Translations under genes and position numbers: made by a program
In this document: one piece after another, positions 26,326 through 38,300 of the stretch
Numbering within the stretch: the stretch's first letter is position 1
Layout: the number at the start of each line of letters is the position of its first letter
The notes under the pieces: model-generated
What the model saw: the letters and a program-made list of their open reading frames with translations, nothing else
Databases searched by the model: none
Told to the model about the DNA's origin: nothing
Source of the DNA: Tubulanus polymorphus
Lineage: Eukaryota > Animalia > Nemertea
Assembly (NCBI RefSeq): GCF_964204645.1
Contig: NC_134028.1
Coordinates: 26,284,345 to 26,348,344, forward strand
Direction of reading: 5' to 3'
DNA length: 64,000 nucleotides

Positions 26326-29300
26326 ATGTGTTTACTGGTAGGAGCGTCTGGTGTCGGTAAAACATTACTGTCTAAACGATTACAAGGTAACACCCAATAA
26401 CTAATAAGTAGTCGGTGTTCTTTTTCAAGTTAAAATCTAATCTAAAAAATTCACTTTTTTGTATACACAGGATAGGCCTAAATTAATATTCTAGATTACT
26501 GACCTACGTGAAGTGAGCCTGTTATTCCAGCCTCGTATTCAGATATAGTGTGTACACACTGTATAGCTGCCTGTAGATACTGGTTGACATGAAATGTATA
26601 ACTTAACATGACGGAGCGATGATAACTAACGTAAACGTTAGTATATAGCATCGGATACTGATACTCAAATTTCTCTGAAACAAAAACTCCAGGTTTCGTA
26701 AAAACTGAGTATATTACTGAGTAGGCTCGATTGTTCAAGTAGATATATAAAGTAAATGTCTGTGCATCGATTTGTTCAGGTATCATTTCAACTCACGATT
26801 GCATCATTCCACGATATCTAAAATTTAAAAATTCAAACTCAAATTTCTCTCAAACTAAAACCTGGGGCTTTCTGAAAATCGAGTATAATATTAAGGAAAC
26901 TCTTTTCTTTAAGTTGATGTAAAGCGGATGTCTGTGCATTGATTTGATCATAATAAAAAACGCGTCATTTCAATACACGATTGCATCATGGCGCGATATT
27001 CAGAAATTTAAATTTCAAAATTAAATATCTCTAAAACTAAAACCTGAGGGTTCCTGAAAATTAAGTATATTAATAAGGAAACTCTATTCTTTAAGTTGAT
27101 TCAAGGCAGATGTCTGTGCATTGATTTGATCATAGTAAAAAAATGCGTCATTTCAATACACGATTGCATCATGGCGCGATATTCAGAAATTTAAATTTCA
27201 AAATTAAATTTCTCTCAAACTAAAACCTGAGGGTTCCTGAAAATTAAGTATATTAATAAGCAAACTCTATTCTTAAAGTTGATTTAAGGCAGATGTCTGT
27301 GCATTGATTTGATCATAGTAAAAAAAACGCGTCATTTCAATACACGATTGCATCATGGTGCGATATTCAGAAATTTAAATTTCAAAATCAAATTTCTCTT
27401 AAACTAAAACCTGAGGCTTTCTGAAAAGTAAGTATATTAATAAGCAAACTGTAGTCTTTGAGTTGATGTAAAGCGCATGTCTGTGCATTGATTTGTTCAT
27501 AGTTAGATTGCCTGTTATTGCGACACACGATTGCATCATTGCGCGATATTCAAAATTTAAAAATTCAAACTCAAATTTCTCTAAAACTAAAACCTGGGGT
27601 TTCCTGAAAAAACGATTATATCAATAAGATGACTCTATTCTTCAAGTTGATGTAAATAAGATGTCTTTGCATTGATTGGTTTATAGTAAGAATTGGTGTT
27701 ATTTCAATACTCGAAGCATCATTGCGCGAATATTCAAATGATTCATGAGGATCAAATGAGAGTGTACTGACTGTCTGAGAGTGTAACGCCTGTCTGAGCA
27801 TGTACCGCCTGTCTGAGAATGCACTGACTGTCTGAGAGTGTACTGGAATTGACCGTGTCTTCTTGGCTTTTGGAAAACTTTGATAGTATTTTATAGCTAC
27901 CATCAATTTGTAAGATTTATTGTTAACAGCCAATAGAAAAAAAAAACAAGACTAGCAGTACTCTATAGATAATTTATTCATTTGACGCACGAGCTTTTGC
28001 AACTAATGAATAGTAGCTTCATCAGGCGAATGAGTCTAAAAGTCTATCCAATAGAAAATAAATTCTGAGAAATCTAACACAATTTACTCAGATTTAATGA
28101 AAGTTCATTATTGTGTAAAATATGAATGTGCCGGCAACTAAATTAAATATCAATATTCTTTGTACAAGAATTCATTGTGAGTGGTGAAATGAATATCTGA
28201 AAATGTACAAACTGTTTATATCGAGATAAGAGACTTTTCGTTATAGAATCATATTTGTAGCCTGCATGCGTACCACAATCTATTGTAAATATCATATCGT
28301 GTGTTGCGTACCCTCAACTGCCAGGCTGTTTCTTGTCCACCATCTCTTGAATAAGTATCTGAGTTTGTACATCGAGATTTTCATGTATTCTAGTGAGATT
28401 TAATTGTATCTAGAGAATTTACACATGACATTTAGTCCGTAACTGAACTGAACTGAAGCCAGACTTAACATTACATAAAGTACTGGTTGGGCTGCATCAG
28501 ATACTTACATGGATCCGACTACGACCGCACGTTTTAGTCGTCTTTTTCCTCCATTGATGAGCGATTGTTTTTAATACATGTCGCAAATCACCAGCACCAA
28601 TCACTAATAAATTGATCACATCTAAAAGGGAAACAATAGAGACCTAGCTACGGACACCTTAAACTGCAGTTGCTTCTGGCTTATCTTTGACAGCTCCGAG
28701 AAGGGGGTACCCGTTCGTAAGTACGCATCGTGCAAGATACAATCTTTAAAGTTTGTTGACTCACTTTTTATCAGTTGGTGGAGTTGGAAGTGCAGCAGTG
28801 AAGGCGTGCCCGTGGCAATAATTTACTAGAGATGTTTTTTATTTCTATGAATATGGTACCATGTTTAAGACAGAATTGAAATAAATTCGCTGCGGCAACA
28901 TATAACAACGTGACAAAAATCGGCATTTTTGTACTTCCTCCTCTTCCACAAGTCACAACGGCGAACGCTGATCGTCGTACCTCTGCATCATCGACTTTAC
29001 AGCAAACGCCAATAGGATTTGGTCTAACTGCAGTTTGGGTCACCTATCCACTGGGTGGCGCTAATGTCTATTTATTAATGGATGAGACCTGTTTTTCTGG
29101 GATATTTTGCTTACTTTTTGGGATACATACCTCATTTATGTCTTAACAGAATGCCAAAAGTCGCGGACAACAACTGAATATCCGATATATTTCCAGTTCT
29201 GTCCCAATTAGATGGATTGGCAAAAAGACTCCTTAAGTCCAGTTGAATGAGAGAGAAAATCCTCCATTTTGTGAAATTTCTTGAATTTTTACATTGTTAC

Positions 29301-32300
29301 ATGCCTACAAAATGAAGTTATTTTTCTTGTGGGGTCTCAACAACTAAATCAGGGTGGCGTAGGCATGGTAACGAATTGATTGATTGTATTGAATTCATAC
29401 GTCGAGTAACATGGTACATTTTCTTTGTGAATTTCGGTGTCTCCTCGGTACATAGTCCGTGCGCAATATTAGCCCTCTCCACTCGTTCCGCGATCTTACT
29501 TCTGGGGTCAGCTGACAGATTTTCCTTGATGTATTGCATAATATAACGATGCAGGCGTTCTATTCCACGATCATTTAAATGCAACCCATCCAAACGATAA
29601 AATTCTTGTTTGACAGAGAATTGATCTCCTTTGTTTTTGCGTTTCTGACTCGTTTCGAAAATACGCTGAAATGAGACAACACAATCAAAATGCAGGCTAT
29701 GAAAATATACCATTTTACAGATGTTAGCCGCCTTTTTGTTAGCGTACGGTACTAAACTTTGTCCTCTATTGTTAGATAACTTTTTTCTCTTTTTAAAGGA
29801 TTATTTGTGATGTGTTCTATCATATTTAATTGGTTTGTAGGTGAATTTTGCCATGTAAGGAGCATTCAAACCATGGGAATACGTATCTTGTTTGTTTTCA
29901 GTTATCTAAAATCTACGAGCAATTATAGATGATAAATGATTGCAAAAGTCAAAAATACTCTAGAAACCAGCAAATAAGGAGTAATTTTGAATTCTTCATT
30001 TTCGTAGCAAATTCAAACTTTGATTGACTTTGGAGGAGGAGCTTCTTAGTTATCAACTCACTGACCACAAGCCTGCTGAATTATGTAAACATAACAGCTG
30101 TGTGTTTTTTATCTTGTAAGCTGTTGTTAATTAATTGCCTTCACCGGCAATGGTTTTTACTCGGAGCAAAACTTGTTTACTGGGTAAAAAGGAAATATGA
30201 TAAATTTTTAATTCGTTTCTTATAACTAGATTGATTTACCCTCAAATTTTTAGGAAAATCGGACCTAAAATAAAAACAAGGAAGTTTTTTACCCATGTTC
30301 TTGCCTTTAATCAGAAATAATCCCCAGAATCATGGAAGGTGTCATTCAATTCCATCAGTTACAGATTTTTACTCGTTTTACTCGAATTATTGGTCGAGTA
30401 GTATACAGGGAGTAAAAAACAAGTTTTTTTTGTCTGGCCAGTCCAGGGGCCGTGCTGAGATACAAAAAATAACGACCTTCGAATCCCTACGCATGTGGCA
30501 AAAACTGGCCACGGGTTTTTTTATCATTCTCATGTCGCATTGTTGCGAATTTGAGAAACACTAGAAATGTTTGAATGCTGCCAAAATGTCAAAATCCACC
30601 TACAGGCCAATGAAATATGATAAAACACATCACAAATAATATTTAAAATAGAAATAATTACCAAACAATAGAGGACAAATGAAAGTACCCTAACAAAATG
30701 GTGGCTGGCAACTGTAACATGGTATTAGTTTACGGTATACATTTCATGAATATATATATTTACCTCAGTTTTCATGAAGGAAACCCTTTTGAACCTGGGT
30801 TCGCGCAGAAGCTTCTTCGTTAACCTATTAACTTTCTTCCGCTTCTGATCCTTCACCTTTGAATCATTTCGTGGAAATATCGGCAACAGAAGGATTTTGG
30901 TTGATGGCATCATCAGCGCGAGATAACCTAAAAAAAACTAGTATCAAGAGGAATTTAGTCATTCGTCATTTAGTCATTTGAATTTTCTGTAATTTTCTGC
31001 ATAAACTGTTGAGTAACTAACCTGGTATGCCTTTACTATATCCTTTGGTTGAACATTTTCGTTTAAATCGTTAGTTCCGACCCATACTATGAGAACGTCC
31101 GCGTATTTTATGTCGTCAATTATTTTCTCACCGACGATTCTACGCATTACGTCAATGCCTATTCCTGGCCAAAAATGTGTCTTATGATTTTCCGATTCCG
31201 GGAAAAAACGACCCATGCTATCACTTAAAAGTATCGTTTTCATTTTGAATGTGTGCGCGCTCATGTAAACCGGGTAATAATCTGGTAAGAACTGGTTTGA
31301 AATTGTTGTGCGCCTTAAACTAGGTAGAGCAGTCACTTTTGCTTACGCAACTGATAGTTAAGCAACATAAGATTATATAATATCAATGATTTATAAAAAT
31401 GTTTATACGTCCATGAAGTAGTTTTGTTTAAAGATTCAATGTTACATGTACGTCTGATTGAATAATGAGGATGTAGTGGAAAAATCCCAACGTTTTAGTT
31501 AGCCACTTAATAATTTCAAGATCAGGATAATAATTGTTAGGTTCAAAGAAGTATATTGTTCATTTATTTTGCCGCATAACCAAAGCGTTGAAAATGATGG
31601 AATATAACATTCTATTTCACCTACACATGCTGTTTAATGGGAATGTCTATTTGAGATTAGCTGACACCCTCAGATGAGAAGTGCGGACCGATAAAACACA
31701 GCGAAATGTGAGGAATAGATACAATCTATGCCTAGTATAAAAGCATTTATACTGTATAGTCCTTATGAATATTGATAGTGTACTACTAATTACAAAGAAT
31801 GTCGTGCAGGCGTGAAATTCGTGTTAGTTGATACTTGGTTTTTCGGATTTTATGCCTGTTTGATGGTGATTTCAAAGTCACTTCTGCCAGAAGTTCGATG
31901 TACGATTTCCACATGATGTTAAATGTTCTTTTATCGCTGAAGGTTAAGTTCCATGCTCCTTTACCCTTGTGGCGAAATTTCGTCACGGGTTGGGGGCGGT
32001 CTGTACGCTACGCATGAACAAGTTTTTGGTGCCAAATGAATGGTCGTTTATATGTTTTAGTATCGATTTCATGGTTTCGTAGACTTTTGGACCATTTAAG
32101 TTTGGACGCTCCGCGTGACGTCACCCACTGCGCGCAATGATCAAAACAAACACAAAGACAAACACGATGTGAAGTCTATTCATAATGAGTTGACGTGCGG
32201 CTTTTTCTCCACATCAAAGAGCAGCTACTGCTGTGAGCTGTCAGATAGCTGCTACACAAATGATCCATCACAGATGTGCTGACCCACTGCAGCCCAGCGT

Positions 32301-35300
32301 CCACCAAGAGTGAATAACTACACACACATAACTTGCATCTCCAACCACTCAGTTCTTTAATATTACCAGGGAGGTGGGAGTTCACTCCCACCTCCCTGAT
32401 ATTACACAAGTCAGTTTATAATGCAAATGATTTGGTTGACAAATTCATTATAAATATCAGCGATGATAAATGAAGAAATCTCACACTTCGAATTTAAAAT
32501 TATACGATCAAATTTATTATTACGAAACCACAACGTTTCGGCTGTTAACTAACAGCCATCATCAGGTGGAATGACCAGAAAAACAAGTTACAAAGCATAT
32601 AAACTCACAGGATCTAAAATAGAAGCAGTGTGTCAAAACTAAAGATAAACAGACCAAGCAATAAAACACCAAGGGGTACCGTGGAAACCACAGCAATTCT
32701 AAACAGTTCAGAGTAAAAACAAATTATGTAACTAAGTGAAGTGGACTGAAGAGGGTGGCGATAACAGAGTGACACATAGTGACATTAACCCAAATCTAAT
32801 AAAGAGTTGATGTGTCTGGATAATAATTGGTTATGTGGAGAAAAACCAGTATTTAAATTAGTAGATAAATTGGATTTCGAAAGTTCACATATTAGGGCTG
32901 ATTCCACTATGTGTCTCTTATTAATATCTTTACAAGGATAAATAAGTTTCGAATTCTGAAAGTCAAATTGGTGATTAGTTGTAAAGACATGATTTGCTAT
33001 TCCACTCTCAGGCTTTTGGTTGCGGATATCTATGTTGTGTTCTTTAATACGCTGACTAAGATTACGTCCCGTTTCGCCGATGTACATCATATTACAGTCT
33101 TTACATGATGATTCTTCGTCTGAATTAGATTCAAACTATGTAATATGGATGCATCCGCAAAAGAGAGTGACTGGGTAGAAGATTATCGTAACTTTTTACA
33201 CACTTATAGCTATCTGTTTTCAGAGCCTATTTTGATTTGTTAGTTGATACAAATTACCTGGCTCGCGATAAAGTTTTTCCTATCATTTACTTCGACTAAA
33301 GCATAATATATGTAACCGACCACCCAAATCAAGTCAAGTTGAATATGGGTACAATGTCGAGATGAAAACATATCCATGGTTTCCACACGAGAAAAAAAAA
33401 TAATCAACTCAAATTCAATCATGATAAACCCGTCCTTGTTCCTCGAGTAAACAAAAATGATGCCTTGTTTCTCCGCAGCGGCCGGGTCAATTTTTGTAAA
33501 ATTTGATAAAATTAGTAAACAGTTCATTTCTAGAGCTGCTGGGTTTGTTATGGTAAAATTGATCACGATTTTTAAAAAAAAAGTAATGTATAGGGTAGAT
33601 AGGCGGCCGGCCGGGTCAACTTCTAAGCTCAGCAGAGCGGGGAAACAAGGTATCAATTTTTTTAGGCTTAAGCTAGTAGTAAATATATAAATACCATTTA
33701 GCGAGACAAATGTATGATGACAGAATAACTGCAGTCTAGATTATTTCATTAATTGTTTTGGACACTGATTATGTACCGTGCTGCTTTTCAAATAGGGAAG
33801 TTTCCAGTTACAGGCGCCAGAAAATAGAAATTGTCGCCTTTCAAACGATAATTTTGGTGTCAGAGGGGGGATGGACGACAATAAATCGTGCCAAAGGTTT
33901 TACTTAAAAAAATAAATAAATCTATCCAACAACGGTACCTGTGGGACCACCTCAAAATGACGCCTAACTGGAAACTATTACATCACATGGCAACGGGGTT
34001 ATCTAATATTCAAAATGAATGATGATTCTGTTTCGCGTATTTTTAGAATCACTCATTTTAGAATCACTCTAATCCGTGTAATGTTGATAAATAAAAAAGT
34101 TTCGCAATCGAATATAATGTGATAAAATATGGAAGCAAAACCGGCTACTGACTACACACTGACCGGCTACACAGCCACGGTCAGGTGCAATTTCCAGTAA
34201 AGAAAAAAGCATACACTCACAGTACATTAGCAGGGTTAGCGGTAAAGGCCCCTTATTCTAAGTTAGGTAAAAATCCTCTACCTTTTGAACGGAGTATGAA
34301 ACAATAACTATAAGGCGGATTTAGTCATATTTATTTATTCAATGTATCTATATTTTATTGTACGGTGTACATAAGGATACCATCAACATACCAATTACTT
34401 TATACTACATTCTCAAAGTTATCGCACAGCTCGAACATATCGCAAGTTTGAAACAGGTCACCGCACAGTTAAAATGACACTTGCTTGAATTTAAAATGTT
34501 TAAAATATTAAGTGCATTATTTCAAATTTCTTTTTTTTCGCATCGCTCAGTGAAATGTAACACAAAGTAAAAATAGTCCACCGTTCGACGATGTTCCAGT
34601 TCTAATTGAAAAATGTTACAAATTAAGAGTTCACTTATTCTATGAATTCCAACAACCCCTTATTCGAAGAAATTATCATATGATTTAGGGGATTTTTACC
34701 GAGGGAATGTTTTCTCACTACTCATTAGCAGAAGCTGTTCAGAAAGTATAAAAATGTGATCTTTAGTCAGCGCATCAAAGAACATAAGCCTGAAAGTGAG
34801 GTTGCTAATCCCATTTTATCACCAATTTGACATAAGAACTCGTTATTTATACTTTAAAAAAATGCAGACACATAGTGGAATCGGCCCTATAAGCCTAAAT
34901 ATAAACGGGAGAAATTTAACTTATACAGCATTCACTTTCGGACGTAATCTTAGTCAGCGTATTAAAGAACACAACATAGATATCCGCAACCATACTGGGT
35001 GAAATTTTCCACATAGTAATTATCGGTATCTATCTATACGTATATATCAACTCTTTATTGAATATCCGTTTATTCTACAATGGACGTCATAAACTAGATT
35101 ATACTCCTTGATTCTACTAATATGTGTTTTATCCTGTAATGGACCAATGGACGCTAATACGAAGGGACGTAAAAAAGCGGCGTTAGATCATGACCAGAGC
35201 TGTAGACGGATCATATGGCAACGTTGAGATGGCTTTCCGATGAGATGACAGTATTTTGCCAATTATAGCCCCGCCGAATAGCTCTGAGCTAAGAGCAATC

Positions 35301-38300
35301 AAGCTCATTGCGTTGAGTTCATAATCTTACTTTACTATTTCGATTGAAACTAAAATTAAATTTTCAGTTGCGTCAGATAGCTTCGCCGGGGACAGTAAAA
35401 GAACTGGGTACATGTTACATCACCCATGATTAGTGACGGAGCAAATAAGCAAAACTAGGAAGAAAACAGCGAGAGGTACCTCAGTAACCACAGTCTTAAC
35501 AATCTTTGACTCCATCCAATACGAGTATTAAAGCCCATGATTGGACATTATGTAACCATGGACAAGCCTACAGCAACACCAAGCTGCCAACATCAACCGA
35601 TAATCTTGTTGGTAACGCTATTTTTGTTAAAATTGATATACTAAAAGTGGATTGATTTTTCTTCATCGTGGATATACACTTTAGTATTGCATAACATAAT
35701 TACATAGCGTTGCGTTGTTCCAATTTCCTTTACTTAGAACGTCAAGCGCATGTTGTTCTATAAGTAAAACCTGAGGTTTCTTGAAAATTAATGATGTCGG
35801 TGCAATAATCTGTTGTATTATTTCAATACACAAATGCATCTTTCGGCAATATTCAAAATTTAGAGATTCAACTAAAATTTTCTCTCAAACTAAAACCTGA
35901 AGCTTTTTGAAAAATGGACTTTGTTGAGCCTATCCTCTCTAAAGTGATAAAGAATTGATTTGTTCATAGTTAGAATACATGTTATTTCATAGAGGATAGT
36001 TAGATACACCATCGATACACAATACACACTGTAAGGGCTGACTGTAGGTTTACAGTAGCCTACCAACCACTGGAAGAGTTTCATTTCAGGCGAATGAAAT
36101 TACTCGGAGACTCCCACATACATTTTGGGGCGGCACCTCCTTTAAGTGTATAGTCTATATATATATATATATATATATATACTGGTATTCCATAAACGGT
36201 ACAGATCTTTACTGAAACGCACTCAGTTCAGTAAAATATCAAAGAATTTCGCTGCAAGTTAGTTTGCGTAAAACCTTGTACCCTCGAAGATCGCGATTAT
36301 ATATAAGTATATTATTTTGGAGCTGCAATCATGGTCAGAAAAGCCTACAAGAGGTTACACAATGCAAATCATTGCACTCTAGACGAGGAGACGGTAAAAG
36401 CGGCTATACAAAAATATGGTGTTCCGAATATTTCTCTTGGTGATTTAACTTGGGGTTTGATGTCCATTTTTATATACAAAAAAGACACCCCGAAATTACG
36501 ACGTAAATTGTACGATTACATACGTCGCCATCCAAATCTCATGGTCGATGATACACAACAAAATCAAGAACCGGAACCAATTGATCTACAAAGAAAGGCT
36601 TGGCTACCGGTAAGTTTCATATCTTTATAGTAACCTGTTATTAAGCATAAGTCATGTGTAATTGAGAAAAACTCCAGCTGATTTGCGAAGAAAATATAGA
36701 AGATAAAACCTCCACCCCCACCACCTCCCTTGAAATACATCTATTTGTCGCGCGGTAATAACCGCCTATCTATACTAAACGATTGACACATTACGAGATC
36801 CTGGCGTGCTCTGGAAGGCCGATGGTTGCTTCATACGATTGAATATTGAATTTAAAATTGATTTCATAAAATGTTTCTAACGCAATATGTAGACTAGGCT
36901 GTTAAATCCATGTTTCGCGTTTTATCAAACATTTTTTTAATACAAATATAAATGATATTTCAAAAAATTGTTTGTAAGAAACTAAAAAGCTTCAGGCCCT
37001 GTACAGCAAGAAAAGTATCAGTTGCAACTAAAAATGTCTAGGGGGTTCTTGATGTGACTAAAATGTGTACTTGACGTTCTCATAACAAGATAATTGTTAT
37101 GAGAATGTTTATAGTGTATTTTGTATGTGCATTATTTATTAATGATATAATGGAATTTTGTTCAACTTCGTGGAAATCTCACTAAATTTTTCTTAAATTT
37201 TCAAACAATTCCTATCGTCCGCATGGTCGTTGTAGCGGCTCTGCATCATCGGTCGCAACGTAACATTGCACACAGTCCCTTATTACTTCCCTGGAACCCA
37301 CCCCTACAGAAATTGATGAGAAATGATTAAAAGTTAAACTAAAAAGTAAAAAAAATATACGTATTATCATGCAGCACAGAAATCTATAGTCTAGGAATGA
37401 AGTCTCCCGCAACAATTTGTAGTGATCATGAAAATAACACTGACATCCTGTCGCCAGAACTAGAATAGCTAAAAAAGTATATAAAATTGCGTCAGTCGTG
37501 TAAAGAATTTCAAAGGACACAGTCCAACGTTATAGAAAGTAAAATAAAATAGCGAAATATCGGTAAAGAAAGTTTTAAGTACTTTAAAATTCTAGATCCG
37601 CTCCGATAATCGATTATCCCTCCGTCTGTGTTTATGTTGTGGCTATACAAACTAATACTTGCAAGGAGAGGCATCATGTTTATTACTCAAGATGAAACTT
37701 AAATTTTAAGTGTTATCTTTAATGTTCAGGACATTTTTGATTGTTGTCCACTGATATTTTAGGGCTAACCGGAATAGCCGTTGCACCAGCAGTTCACATA
37801 GATACCTGGTGCAAAAATAAACGATATCTCCATATATCTTTAGAACCACCTACTGGTAACCGCAAGTACTGGTAGGCCTGTAGGTGATCATAGCAAGGTG
37901 TGGGCAATAAATTAGCAGAAGCCGATGACAAGTAGTTAATTAAGCCTTTGCGCAGCATTCGTAGTCAATGCACATGCGTTATTACTCCAAAAGTGATGAC
38001 AGCACAATGCGCTCTTGTGCTGCGCTGAAAATAAATAATCCCCTCTCCAAATCACCACTGATTTTAAATCCCCTCTCTGATGCTTGAAGAAAGCTAGTTA
38101 TTACCACTGTCCATGGTTATTCACCCGTAAATTATATGATGTTTGGTATAAAACTCAACTTCGCGTATTTTGCTGTTGTTTTCGCCTTTGATCAACCTGC
38201 ACCAGTAATTTATTGATTATTTCATTTTCTCAGTTTAAGGCAAAAAAATGATACCCTGTTTCCCATTCTCCGACCGAGTCCCATAAAGTACGACAAAAAT

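Noticed and set aside
26496-26786. ORFs at 26496-26786 (-) and 53658-53927 (+) as duplicated genes
   Set aside because: The shared peptide is just the translated TIR; the second ORF also runs into ARL16 exon 2.
33440-33690. Coding ORFs at 33240-33690
   Set aside because: The sequence resembles a degenerate dispersed repeat (aagctcagcaga…caaggta, similar to ~13530-13560 and parts of 38240-39310) and has no protein motifs.
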